DNA of 64,000 nucleotides from an uncultured Rhodobacterales bacterium (GTDB lineage Bacteria; Pseudomonadota; Alphaproteobacteria; Rhodobacterales; Rhodobacteraceae): NCBI GenBank assembly GCA_964579325.1, contig CAZOHN010000001.1, positions 66,726 to 130,725 of the forward strand, read 5' to 3'. Shown piece by piece: positions 1 to 9,246 of this stretch (position 1 is its first letter; each line of letters starts with the position of its first letter). The notes under the pieces were generated by a model. It saw only the letters and a program-made list of their open reading frames with translations, ran no database searches and was not told where the DNA came from. The position numbers and the translations under genes were made by a program.

Positions 1-2
1 GG

Positions 3-770
3 CGGATTTCCACCGGCATCGACTGGGACGACCTTATCCTGCCCGGCGACCTGCGCCAGCAACTCGGTCACATCGCAGCCTGGCTCGAAAATCGCCGGAT
101 AATTCTGGACGACTGGGGCCTGGCGGCGCGGATCGGGCCGGGCTTCAAGGCCCTGTTCTACGGGCCGCCCGGAACCGGCAAGTCCCTCACCGCGGCGATG
201 CTGGGCAAGCGGACAGGGCTCGACGTGTATCGGATCGACCTCGCGCAGGTCGTTTCGAAGTACATCGGCGAGACCGAGAAGAACCTCGGTCTCGTGTTCG
301 ACATGGCCGAGGAGCGCGACTGGATCCTGTTCTTCGACGAGGCGGACGCTCTGTTCGGATCGCGGGCATCCGGTGCGTCGACGGCAAACGACCGCTTTGC
401 CAACCAGGAGGTCGCCTACCTTCTCCAGCGGATCGAGGATTGTTCGTCGCTCGTGATCCTCGCCACCAACCTGAAGAACAACATCGACGACGCGTTCTTT
501 CGCCGGTTCCAGCTGGCGCTGGGCTTCACCCGGCCCGACGCCGATCTGCGGCGGCAGCTCTGGACCTCGATTCTCGGCCGCGTGCCGCTTGCGCCTGATG
601 TCGATGTCGATCGGCTTGCCCGCGAGCATCCGCTGGTCGGTGGGGCGATCATCAACATCGTGCGCCATGCGACCATTTCTGCGCTGCGGCGAGGGTCCCG
701 GGAAGTCTCGGCGGAAGACATACGGCAAGGTATCGCCGGCGAGATGCGCAAGGAGGGGCGGACAGCATGA
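3..770 (+). CDS. AAA+ ATPase, C-terminal portion (5' end outside window)
   Basis: Frame 3 is open from the window edge. Motifs: Walker A GPPGTGKS (nt 162-185), VSKYIGETEKNL, Walker B ILFFDEADALFG, sensor-1 ILATN, RRF. The stop overlaps the next start (ATGA 767-770). It resembles the single-domain CDC48-like ATPases found beside contractile-injection and other conflict loci. Confidence 0.85.
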   Translation, partial: RISTGIDWDDLILPGDLRQQLGHIAAWLENRRIILDDWGLAARIGPGFKALFYGPPGTGKSLTAAMLGKRTGLDVYRIDLAQVVSKYIGETEKNLGLVFDMAEERDWILFFDEADALFGSRASGASTANDRFANQEVAYLLQRIEDCSSLVILATNLKNNIDDAFFRRFQLALGFTRPDADLRRQLWTSILGRVPLAPDVDVDRLAREHPLVGGAIINIVRHATISALRRGSREVSAEDIRQGIAGEMRKEGRTA

Positions 771-3700
771 ACTGCAGGGACCGACTCCGCGCGGCCGCGT
801 TCTCGCTTTGCCTCGGGGTCTTCCCGGGAGGATCGGCGGTTGCCGCCTGCGCTGACCTCCTGTCTGTCGGTCTGAGCCCTCCAGCTCCGCCGTCGACCAT
901 CCAGGCAGGCCTGCGCGCGGCGCTGTCGGATCTCAGCCCGAGCCTTGCAGACGGTCAGATCGGAGCCTACACCCGCTCGGCGCTGTCGCGGCTGTGCAGC
1001 ATGGTCCCACTGCCAGCCGGCGAGGACGAGGTCGCGGGTACGTTGGTCAACGCGGCCGAGTATGGACAGTTGTCGGCGGCGTTGCCCGGCTGGCCGGGTA
1101 TCGTGCGGTCTGAGGCGGTGTCGGCCCGTCTGCTGCCCGGCAGTGACGGGCGACCCAACCCTCTCGCACTGCGTCTGGCCGGGCCCGCGGTGTTGTCGGC
1201 GCAGGCTCTCGCCTCCGACGCCGGCGCTGCCGGTTGTACGGGGGAGCCGCCGCAGGGGCTCGGCGAAGTTGCGGAAGCGGGGCGGTCGGCCTTGATCGCG
1301 GCGGCACCGGTCCTGCGTGAAGACATGCTCCTCTGCGCAGCGTTCGGTGGCCCTCGGATGCTGCCTGCCGCGCTTGAAAGTCTCGGCCGCATCGAAGCAG
1401 CGCTTCCCGGCGCGCTGACCCAGCTTGCTGCGGCAGACTTCGCCTTCTGGCTCGCCGAAGATCGCGAGACGCGACCCTTGCGGCTGGTGGGTAGCGACGC
1501 CGCAGTCGTCGCGCTTTTGGCCGAGTATCGCGGCGAGAACCGCGCCGCCGCGCCGCGCGACTACTCCGCGATCTTTCGACAGCTTCCGCGCTCCTGCGCC
1601 CCAATCGAGACACCTCGGTCTACCGATTATGCCTCCTTTCCCCCGGAGTCCCTTGCCCAAACGCTCGCGCCTGTCGATGTTCCCGGGCTTCTGGCCCCGC
1701 TCGACGGGCAACGCTTTGCGACGTCGGACGACCTGTTGGCGGCTATACAGGCGGCGCTGGCCGGGCAGGTCGGTCAATGTGCGCTCGACCAGATCCGGCA
1801 AGCAGTTGAAAGTCCCGACGACCTTGGCCTGACCTTCGCCCTGAACGCCGATGCGACGAACAACCTCGCGCTTGACCCAAGCTTCGCAGACAGCGTGCCC
1901 GCCGTAGAGCCCCTGATCGGGCTGTCGGCACGTAGCCGGCCCGCTCTCCTTGCCGGAGTGCGCGCGGCGATCGCGAAGGCCGCCGAAACGCGACTCGCGG
2001 CGCAGGTAGAGCTCGCAGCCGCCACGCTGGCCGCAGCGGCCGAGCCGGAAAACCTTCCATTCGACACCCGTCCCGCCGATGTGCCCGAGTTCGAGGAAGT
2101 TCCCTTGCCGCCAACCTTCGGTGTGACCGACAACACTATCAGCGCTGTGCAGGCAGTTGTCACCGATCCGGACCTGCTCGGCGCGATAACGGGGGCCGAC
2201 TTCCTGCCGGCCAGCAATACCGAGGTTCTGAAGGGCGATGTCCGCCGTCTCCTTGCGCCGATCGCCGCCGGAAAGGTGGATGCGATCGTGACACGCGACT
2301 TGGCCCGGATCCAGGCCACGGTCGAGCAGAGCTGGAGCCTGACCGGCGACCTTTCTGCCGCCATTGCGGCCGCGCCTGGCGTGGGTGCCGCCGAAAGCCG
2401 CGACGTCGGGCCAGAGGTTGCCACGGCGATGGAGGTGCTCGCCGGACTCGAGTATCCCAATGGCCGGTTGTTCCTGCGCGCCCTGGAGACCGTTTCGCCG
2501 CCACCGTCTGCTGCTTTGGCTGCGGACGCAGCCCGCGCATCGTTGACGATGGCGCCGGATGCCGACCGGCTCCGGAGCTTTCGAGAGTTGGCCGAGCCTG
2601 ATTGTGGCTGCGTGTCTGCGCGTTGGGATTTCACCGAGACCTATGCCTTCTATCCTTACTGGCTGGCCCCGCCATCGGAAGAGTCAGAGAGACAAGGCGC
2701 TGGCGGACTGGAAGTATCCGCCGATGCCTCGGGAGAACAAGCTCCTCCGCTGCGCCAGGTCGACTTCGGAAAGATCAACAGCCTGGCCTTCTACGGCCCC
2801 GAGTTTCGCCGCGAGGAAAAGCCGCAGCCGGGTTCTGCGGCCTCCGTACAGCTCTTCCACGGCGACCAGTGGATCCACGGGCGACGCGACTTCATCGAGG
2901 CCGCGCATCGACACCGCGCGTCGGCGGACGTGGCCTTCAACGTTTCAGGATGGTCCGGCTGGACGGATGCCGAAATCGAGGCCGTCGCTGCGCGGATGGC
3001 TGAACTGACGGCTCCCCACGATCGCTTCGACGACTGGAGCACGACGGAACTTGCCCGCGGGATTCCCACCATTTTCGATCGACCGCAGGCTGACGGGATC
3101 ACGATAGTAGCGGATTGCTATCAGGGAACGGCAATATCCGATGACCCGGATTGCCTCATCGAAGGCGGGGTTCTGCCGGTCGGACGGCTCGTGACGCTCG
3201 TCAAGGCCGTGTCCGAGCTTGTCGCCCCGCGCGGGCAGATCGTGAACCTGGCACTGGATGTGCCACTTGTCGGCGGACCGGCCCGGGAGCCGCTCTTTGA
3301 CGAGATCAAGGACCTGATCATCTCGCCCGATGACACCGACCCTGCGCTTGCCTACCTGCTCGTCTTTCTCGAACGACCGACGAGTGACGCCAAGAAGCTC
3401 CTCAGAGGCCGCCTCGAGCATGGCGACTACAGGGGCGTTGATCGGACCGACGTTCTGAGGCGCATTCTTCCGGTCTTGCCGCCATCTGGCCACCGCTTGG
3501 TGCGCGACGCGGTAAGCGGGTCGCCTGCAAGCGCAGCATTCGGGGTGGAGTACGGGCAGTTCGTGGATGACCTCGTCTACTTTCAGGACAATTTCGCCGG
3601 CCTCGCGTTCTGGCCGGCTCCCGACCCCCTTGGGGAAGAGACACCCGAGATCGAGCGGCGCCTCGCCATCGAATGGTTCTACGATCCCTTGCCGGTGGTG

Positions 3701-4030
3701 CTCGATCCGGTGCAAGCCCGCGCGGACGAGATCTGTACCTTCGTCTGTCCGAACAGGGCCTGGTTTGCCGGAACCGCCTGGCTCGTCGCCCTCGCAACCG
3801 GAGCGCTGGTGGCCCGGTCATTCTATTCCGGACTCGCCGACAAGATCGCCTTCCGGCTTGGCTTTGCCTGGATCGGCATCATTGCCCTGTTCGGCATCAT
3901 CGCAACCATGTCGCTGTGCGACCATGCGGCCTTCTGGCCCGACGTTGCGGCCATCGCTCTGGGTCTGGCCCTGGCGCTGGTTCTTGCATTGTCGGCGTAT
4001 CAACGTGCTCAGAACGGGCCGATGCCCTAA
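767..4030 (+). CDS. Large (1087 aa) exported, C-terminally membrane-anchored protein of unknown function
   Basis: Long ORF ATGA-coupled to the ATPase. N-terminal signal peptide with lipobox-like VAAC. PG_binding_1-like motif DGQIGAYTRSALSRLC. Ala-rich central region. The C-terminal third carries YAFYPYW...FYGPEF...NVSGWSGW...DGITIVADCY, reminiscent of a GH18-type TIM barrel with a degenerate catalytic motif. Three hydrophobic helices lie at the extreme C-terminus. Confidence 0.7.
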   Translation: MNCRDRLRAAAFSLCLGVFPGGSAVAACADLLSVGLSPPAPPSTIQAGLRAALSDLSPSLADGQIGAYTRSALSRLCSMVPLPAGEDEVAGTLVNAAEYGQLSAALPGWPGIVRSEAVSARLLPGSDGRPNPLALRLAGPAVLSAQALASDAGAAGCTGEPPQGLGEVAEAGRSALIAAAPVLREDMLLCAAFGGPRMLPAALESLGRIEAALPGALTQLAAADFAFWLAEDRETRPLRLVGSDAAVVALLAEYRGENRAAAPRDYSAIFRQLPRSCAPIETPRSTDYASFPPESLAQTLAPVDVPGLLAPLDGQRFATSDDLLAAIQAALAGQVGQCALDQIRQAVESPDDLGLTFALNADATNNLALDPSFADSVPAVEPLIGLSARSRPALLAGVRAAIAKAAETRLAAQVELAAATLAAAAEPENLPFDTRPADVPEFEEVPLPPTFGVTDNTISAVQAVVTDPDLLGAITGADFLPASNTEVLKGDVRRLLAPIAAGKVDAIVTRDLARIQATVEQSWSLTGDLSAAIAAAPGVGAAESRDVGPEVATAMEVLAGLEYPNGRLFLRALETVSPPPSAALAADAARASLTMAPDADRLRSFRELAEPDCGCVSARWDFTETYAFYPYWLAPPSEESERQGAGGLEVSADASGEQAPPLRQVDFGKINSLAFYGPEFRREEKPQPGSAASVQLFHGDQWIHGRRDFIEAAHRHRASADVAFNVSGWSGWTDAEIEAVAARMAELTAPHDRFDDWSTTELARGIPTIFDRPQADGITIVADCYQGTAISDDPDCLIEGGVLPVGRLVTLVKAVSELVAPRGQIVNLALDVPLVGGPAREPLFDEIKDLIISPDDTDPALAYLLVFLERPTSDAKKLLRGRLEHGDYRGVDRTDVLRRILPVLPPSGHRLVRDAVSGSPASAAFGVEYGQFVDDLVYFQDNFAGLAFWPAPDPLGEETPEIERRLAIEWFYDPLPVVLDPVQARADEICTFVCPNRAWFAGTAWLVALATGALVARSFYSGLADKIAFRLGFAWIGIIALFGIIATMSLCDHAAFWPDVAAIALGLALALVLALSAYQRAQNGPMP

Positions 4031-4092
4031 CCACGTGCGGCCTCGTCCCCGAATGCGCCCCGGATGTCGTTGCCGAACACCCAAACCGGACG

Positions 4093-4839
4093 TCAACGGT
4101 AGCTTGAGACCAGCGCTGCCGCGATAAGGCTCCAGCCGTCAGCCACGACGAAGAAGGCGAGCTTGAAGGGAAGCGACACCACGGCCGGCGGAACCATCAT
4201 CATGCCCATCGACATGAGGATCGCGGCAACGACCAGGTCGATAATCAGGAACGGCAGGAAGATCAGGAAGCCGATCTCGAAGGCGCGCTCCACCTCGCTG
4301 AGAAGGAAGGAAGGGACCAGCAGCGCCAGCGGCGCATCCGGGCCCGGGTCGGGCAGGGCGATGTTCGCCTCGGTCCGCAGGGCGGCGAGGTCGGCGAAGG
4401 TTGAGGGGTCGACGCGCGACGCCATGAAGAGTCGGAACGGCTGAAGTGTCGCGGTCAGCGCGACATCGGCCTCAACGGTACCCTCGGCCAGAGGCTTGAT
4501 CCCTAGCTCCCAGGCCTCAAGGAAGACGGGCTCCATCACGAAGTAGGTCAGGAACAGCGCGAGGCTCACGATCAGCATGTTCGGCGGCGACTGCTGCAGG
4601 CCGATCGCAAGGCGGAGGATCGAGAGCACGGTGACGAGAAACGGAAAGCAGGTCACCATGATGGCAAGGCCAGGCACGAGGCTGAGCACGGTCACGAGGA
4701 CCAGGAGCTGGATCGACCACTCTGCCAGCGAACCGCCTTCTCCGAGAGAAAGGGTCAATTCCTGTGCCGCGGCCATGCCGCCCGTGAGCAGCAGAGTGAA
4801 CGCCGCGGCTCCGACAACCAGAACGGACCGATCCAGCAT
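4093..4839 (-). CDS. fliP: Flagellar export apparatus protein FliP
   Basis: Signal peptide followed by the conserved FliP core (LSLVPGLAIMVTCFPFLVTVLSILRLAIGLQQSPPN). I prefer the ATG at 4839, which leaves a 4-nt gap after the fliN stop; the track start at 4869 is a TTG. Confidence 0.9.
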   Translation of the reverse strand: MLDRSVLVVGAAAFTLLLTGGMAAAQELTLSLGEGGSLAEWSIQLLVLVTVLSLVPGLAIMVTCFPFLVTVLSILRLAIGLQQSPPNMLIVSLALFLTYFVMEPVFLEAWELGIKPLAEGTVEADVALTATLQPFRLFMASRVDPSTFADLAALRTEANIALPDPGPDAPLALLVPSFLLSEVERAFEIGFLIFLPFLIIDLVVAAILMSMGMMMVPPAVVSLPFKLAFFVVADGWSLIAAALVSSYR

Positions 4840-4843
4840 TGTC

Positions 4844-5140
4844 CTAGACGCGGTCCTTGAGCGGCGCAATCTCGGTCAGCCGCACGGCAAGCTGGCCAGC
4901 GCGGTCTCCATCGAGCTCTTCCAGTTCGCCCCGGGCGATCAGGCGATCACCGACGTAGAGTTCGACCGGATCGTCGATGCGGCGGTCCAGCGGGAGCACC
5001 GATTCGGGTCCGAGCTTCATCAGGTCGCGGACGAGGGGGCGCGCGCGGCCGACGGAAATGGTGATCTCCACGGGCACGTTGGTAAACGGGTTGCGGGTGA
5101 CGTCCGGCCCCGCCGCTGACGACAGGTCACTCTCATCCAT
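4844..5140 (-). CDS. fliN: Flagellar motor switch protein FliN
   Basis: 98 aa with a SpoA/FliN C-terminal domain (VPVEITISVGRARPLVRDLMKLGPESVLPLD...VELYVGDRLIARGEL). Confidence 0.85.
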   Translation of the reverse strand: MDESDLSSAAGPDVTRNPFTNVPVEITISVGRARPLVRDLMKLGPESVLPLDRRIDDPVELYVGDRLIARGELEELDGDRAGQLAVRLTEIAPLKDRV

Positions 5141-5732
5141 GGCGGCTCAACCTCTGCTCTGGTTCATTGAGAAATGCAGCCATGAGGCCCTGCATGGCCT
5201 CGATCACGGCTGAGGTATCGAGAATCCGTTCGGACTCCCCGAACCGGAAATGCACCTGGCCCTCACCCAGCAGTGGGTCGACAACGATCTCGAGCGGGAA
5301 CGGGACGTCGGCCGCAACGGCTGCCTCCACCTGGGCGCCATCCGACGCGGCAACGGCAAGCCTCACCGGCGTCTCAAGCCCCTGCTCTGCGGCCGCGAGA
5401 ACTTCGGCGACAACCGCCTTGCCGAGAGTTTCGCGCGCAAGCTGCGGCAGGATGCGGTTGACCATGGTCTCGAGGAGTGGCTCCAGCGACCGGAGCATGT
5501 GCGTTCTTGCCTCGTGGAAGGTGAAGGAGAGTTCTCGCAGGTTCCGGGAAAGGTCTTCCCGTATCCTGTCGTGGTCGTCCGCCTGCGCGCGCACGGCATC
5601 GTCCCAGCCTGCGGAATAGCCCTCCTCGTAGGACTTGAGCCTGACCTCCTCGAGGTCCGGACCTTCGGCATGCACCATGTCGGGTTCATGGCTTTCGCCA
5701 CCGAAGGCCTCGAGGCGCAATCGCTTGATCAT
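5133..5732 (-). CDS. fliH: FliH-like flagellar assembly protein
   Basis: 199 aa and acidic, with an EEGYSAGWDDA motif. It lies between fliF and fliN, and TGATG links the fliF stop to this start. Confidence 0.6.
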   Translation of the reverse strand: MIKRLRLEAFGGESHEPDMVHAEGPDLEEVRLKSYEEGYSAGWDDAVRAQADDHDRIREDLSRNLRELSFTFHEARTHMLRSLEPLLETMVNRILPQLARETLGKAVVAEVLAAAEQGLETPVRLAVAASDGAQVEAAVAADVPFPLEIVVDPLLGEGQVHFRFGESERILDTSAVIEAMQGLMAAFLNEPEQRLSRHG

Positions 5733-7381
5733 CAGGTACGTTCTCCTCGGTCTTCCATCCAGTTGCGGAGGATTTCCGTCGTTTCCGCCTGCCGCTCCGA
5801 AATCAGCTTCCTGAGGCGCTTCACCGGATCGGCGTCATCTTCCGCTGCTCCATCGCCGTCCTCGAAGCCCCCCATGCCCGCCATCATCGGGAAGCCACTG
5901 GCCATGGGCAGGTTCATCGTTGGCAAGCCGTCGTCGATCTCGCCGTCCAGGACCGGCGCCATCTCCCCATCGACGCCCAGTGCAAGACGGTCGCCCGATC
6001 CGTCGAGCTGGCGCGGCGAAGGCAGGGCGCGCGGAGCGAGGATCGGGCGGACGACGAATAGGCCCAGAATGAGGGCGACGATCGCGAGCACGGCCAACTG
6101 GATGAGGGACATCACGTTGAAGCCGCCAGAGATCGACCCGATGAGGCCGGCGCCACTTCCATCGGTGCCCATGACCGAGGCGGGTTCGAACGGCAGGGAC
6201 CGAACGGTGACGACATCGCCGCGCGCTTCGTCGAAACCGACGGCCGATCTCACCAGTTCGCCGATCGCTGCAATCTGATCCTCGCTCCGCGGGGCCCACG
6301 CCTCGACCCCGGAGGCATCGGCCTGCACCAGTCCATCGACGAGGACGGCGACCGTGATCCTGCGGATCCCGCCGGGGCTCTTCAGGATCTCGCGCTGGGT
6401 CTCGGAAACTTCGTAGTTGGTGCGCTGCCGGGTCTCGCTGTCGCGTTCGGAAGACTGTCCGGCACCACCCTGGGCATCTCCATCCGGCAGATTGCTGGCC
6501 ACGGTCACGCCATTCTGTCGACTGTCGGTTGCCTGGCTGGTTCGCTCCTCAGTCTCCGAGCTGATCGCCACGCGGCTTTCCGGGTCGAAGCGGCGCTCGG
6601 TGATCTGCTCGCGCTCGGTCAGCGTCTCGACGCTGACCTCCACGACGGCCTTGCCCGGCCCGACATAGGCCTCAAGCAGGCGCTCGACGTTGCGGCGAAG
6701 CTCGGCGGCGCGGTCCGGTCCGCTCCCGATTCCCGCGGAAGGGTCCTCTGCGCCGAGAACTCGGCCGCTGGTGGCATCGATGACCGACACGGCGTCCGGG
6801 CTTAGCCCGGCGACGGCCGAGGCCACGAGGAATCTGACAGCGCGTGCCTGGTCGGGTCCGATCGGCCCGGAGGCCGGCGTAAGCGCGACCGAGGCAGAGG
6901 GCATCACGTCGCGGCGAAAGCTCTGCCCTGGTGGCGTAGCGATATGGACCCTTGCTGAGCGGATGCCTGGGCTGGCCGAGATCGTTCGCGCAAGTTCACC
7001 CTCTTTCGCACGCCAATAGGCGGCGTCGAACATCTGAGCGGTCGTTCCAAAGCCCGAAAGATTGTCGAGGAGCTCGTAGCCCTGGCCTCCATTCGCAGGA
7101 AGGCCGTCTGCGGCCAGGGTGAGCCGCAGTTGATCGCGCTGGCTGGAATCGGCGAAGATCGCATTGCCGCGCACTTCGTAGGCCACGCCGCGCTGCTCGA
7201 GCGCAGCCACGACGTCTCCCGCAGCCGAGGCTTCGAGACCCGAGTAGAGGAGCGCCAAGGATGGAGTCGTCGCGGCCCGAGAGAGAAGAAGCACGGCCCC
7301 GAACATTGCCAGCGTTGCCACGGCCACAAAGACGCGGCGTGCCGGACTGAGGGCTGACCAGACGGTGACGAGCGACTGCAC
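5732..7381 (-). CDS. fliF: Flagellar M-ring protein FliF
   Basis: About 549 aa. N-terminal TM segment, YscJ/FliF periplasmic domains (GLEASAAGDVVAALEQRGVAYEV), a second TM segment and an acidic C-terminus. GTG at 7381 sits 6 nt after AAGGAG; the track's TTG at 7387 abuts the RBS. Confidence 0.9.
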   Translation of the reverse strand: MQSLVTVWSALSPARRVFVAVATLAMFGAVLLLSRAATTPSLALLYSGLEASAAGDVVAALEQRGVAYEVRGNAIFADSSQRDQLRLTLAADGLPANGGQGYELLDNLSGFGTTAQMFDAAYWRAKEGELARTISASPGIRSARVHIATPPGQSFRRDVMPSASVALTPASGPIGPDQARAVRFLVASAVAGLSPDAVSVIDATSGRVLGAEDPSAGIGSGPDRAAELRRNVERLLEAYVGPGKAVVEVSVETLTEREQITERRFDPESRVAISSETEERTSQATDSRQNGVTVASNLPDGDAQGGAGQSSERDSETRQRTNYEVSETQREILKSPGGIRRITVAVLVDGLVQADASGVEAWAPRSEDQIAAIGELVRSAVGFDEARGDVVTVRSLPFEPASVMGTDGSGAGLIGSISGGFNVMSLIQLAVLAIVALILGLFVVRPILAPRALPSPRQLDGSGDRLALGVDGEMAPVLDGEIDDGLPTMNLPMASGFPMMAGMGGFEDGDGAAEDDADPVKRLRKLISERQAETTEILRNWMEDRGERT

Positions 7382-7439
7382 CGACAACTCCTTCTCGCGA
7401 CGTTCTGTCTACGTTCATCCCCTCAATCACCTATCGGCC

Positions 7440-7454
7440 TTAACAATCAGTTAG
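7440..7454. promoter_or_regulatory. CtrA-like box TTAA-N7-TTAG in the fliF/fliL divergent promoter region
   Basis: TTAACAATCAGTTAG matches 7 of 8 core positions of the TTAA-N7-TTAA(C) consensus. It lies about 60 nt from the fliF start and about 46 nt from the fliL start. Confidence 0.4.
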
Positions 7455-7499
7455 TTCCCGGGCGGTAAGGATGGTCGAGCTGAGAACCGGAGCGATGGC

Positions 7500-7976
7500 A
7501 TGGCAGCAACCGAGGAAACGCCTGAAGAGGCGCCCAAAAAGAAATCCAAGCTTCCCTTGCTGCTGGGGCTCGTGCTGGCTGTGGCTCTGGGCGGCGGCGG
7601 TTTCTACGCGACGTACTCCGGCCTGATTCTCGGCGGGAACGGGGAGCAAGCAAGACCGTCCGTCGACCCGATGCCGGACGTGGCATTCGTGTCGGTTACG
7701 CCGCTGATCATCTCGCTCGGGCGAAACTCGCCCAACCGCCATCTCCGGTTCACGGCCGACCTCGAAGTTCCGAAGGCACATACCGCCGAGGTGCAGCAAC
7801 TGATGCCAAGGATTCTCGACGTGATGAACACGTTTCTGCGTGCCGTCGATTCCAGCCAGTTCGAGGACCCGTCCGCCCTCGTCAAGCTGCGGGCGCAGCT
7901 GCTGCGCCGGGTGCAGCTCGTCGTGGGCGAAGGCCGGGTCCGCGACATTCTTGTGACCGAGTTCGTCCTGAACTGA
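7500..7976 (+). CDS. fliL: Flagellar basal-body-associated protein FliL
   Basis: 158 aa. Lys-rich N-terminus, a single TM segment and the FliL domain (FVSVTPLIISL...LRFTADLEV...ILVTEFVLN). Confidence 0.85.
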   Translation: MAATEETPEEAPKKKSKLPLLLGLVLAVALGGGGFYATYSGLILGGNGEQARPSVDPMPDVAFVSVTPLIISLGRNSPNRHLRFTADLEVPKAHTAEVQQLMPRILDVMNTFLRAVDSSQFEDPSALVKLRAQLLRRVQLVVGEGRVRDILVTEFVLN

Positions 7977-7991
7977 GGGGAAGGGGACAAC

Positions 7992-8387
7992 ATGGCTCTG
8001 ATTGCCGATTTTCTTCTGGTTACCGGCACACTCGCGGTGGCCTTCTACTGCATCGTATTGTCGCGTCGTCTTTCACGGTTCACCGACCTCGAGCACGGCA
8101 TGGGAGGCGCCGTGGCGGTGCTTTCGGCGCAGGTCGACGACATGACCAAGGCGCTCGAACGCGCGCGGACGTCTGCAGGGTCGTCCGCGACGACGCTTGA
8201 GGCGACGACGGCGCGGGCCGAAGCCGTGGCGCAGCGGCTCGAACTCCTGATCGCATCCATGCATGACCTGCCCGAAGCCTCTGGCGAGGGCCGACTGCGC
8301 GCCCATCGCACGGTCGTGAGGCGCTCCCGTCACGCAATGCCGGGAGACGATCGCTCCGCCGAACTCTATCGGGAGGCAGCCGAATGA
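7992..8387 (+). CDS. Small membrane-anchored coiled-coil protein, flagellar-operon-associated, function unknown
   Basis: 131 aa with an N-terminal TM helix (ALIADFLLVTGTLAVAFYCIVL) followed by an Ala-rich helix. It starts 16 nt after fliL and is ATGA-coupled to the next gene. Confidence 0.6.
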   Translation: MALIADFLLVTGTLAVAFYCIVLSRRLSRFTDLEHGMGGAVAVLSAQVDDMTKALERARTSAGSSATTLEATTARAEAVAQRLELLIASMHDLPEASGEGRLRAHRTVVRRSRHAMPGDDRSAELYREAAE

Positions 8388-9082
8388 TGCGGCTGCTCAG
8401 GCACAAGCGGACCCCGGCGGCGCCGACCGGAACGTCGACGCCGGTGGTACCCCCGGGGCGCAGTCGCCCCAGACCTGTCATGAGGAGCCGGGGGACCCTT
8501 TTCATCCTCGCCGCGCTTCTTTTCCTTTCAGGGCTGTTGCGCCTGGGCGATGGCACGGGGCGTGCCATCGCGCTGGAGGTCAGCGCAATTGCCGGCGGAA
8601 TCGCCGCCACACCGGCAGTTGCCGCGGATTCCACGGATGGCCTGGGCGAGCTGCTCACGGCCCTGCGCGAGCGCGAGGCGCGTTTGGCCGAGGCAGAGGC
8701 CAGGAACGTCGAGCGCGAGCGTGCCCTGGCAGAAGCGGAGCAGGAGGTCGCCAAGGGCCTCGTGGCGCTCTCGGAAGCAGAAGAGGCGGTATCGGCCCTT
8801 CTGGCGTTGGCCGACACGGCAACCGAGTCCGACATCTCGAGGCTGGTAGCGATGTACGAGGCGATGAAACCTGCCGAGGCTTCCGCGCTTTTCGACCAGA
8901 TGGATCCTGTGTTCGCGGCCGGTTTCCTTGGCCGCATGCGATCAGACGCCGCTGCCGGGGTCCTGGCAGGTCTCCCTCCCGAAAAGGCCTATGCTCTCAG
9001 TGTGGTCCTTGCGGGTCGGAACGCCGCTGCGGCCGCTGACGCCAGAACTTCGACATCAGGGCCCACCAGCGCCTCTCCCTGA
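8384..9082 (+). CDS. MotE-like / MgtE-N-domain flagellar protein
   Basis: 232 aa with a TM/signal segment, a coiled coil (EREARLAEAEARNVERERALAEAEQE) and an MgtE_N-like C-terminus (MKPAEASALFDQMDPVFAAGFLGRM...LAGLPPEKAYAL). Confidence 0.6.
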   Translation: MMRLLRHKRTPAAPTGTSTPVVPPGRSRPRPVMRSRGTLFILAALLFLSGLLRLGDGTGRAIALEVSAIAGGIAATPAVAADSTDGLGELLTALREREARLAEAEARNVERERALAEAEQEVAKGLVALSEAEEAVSALLALADTATESDISRLVAMYEAMKPAEASALFDQMDPVFAAGFLGRMRSDAAAGVLAGLPPEKAYALSVVLAGRNAAAAADARTSTSGPTSASP

Positions 9083-9246
9083 CCCGACCTGCAGAACCGA
9101 ACGTTCCCGGTGGCAGAGGACGAAAAGCCAAATGTCGCGGCCAGGATGCCGAAGTGCTCAAGCGCAGCCGACATCGCATCTCTGTCGACTGAATATTTAC
9201 GCCCTGCGGGCAAGCTTGCCGAAGAATCCGGTGGGGAGACCTCGTC

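Noticed and set aside
416-1801. 461-aa ORF on the minus strand
   Set aside because: It is antisense to the ATPase and the 1087-aa ORF. Its Arg/Pro/Gly-rich composition is typical of shadow ORFs in high-GC DNA, it has no recognisable motif, and the sense-strand genes carry clear motifs.
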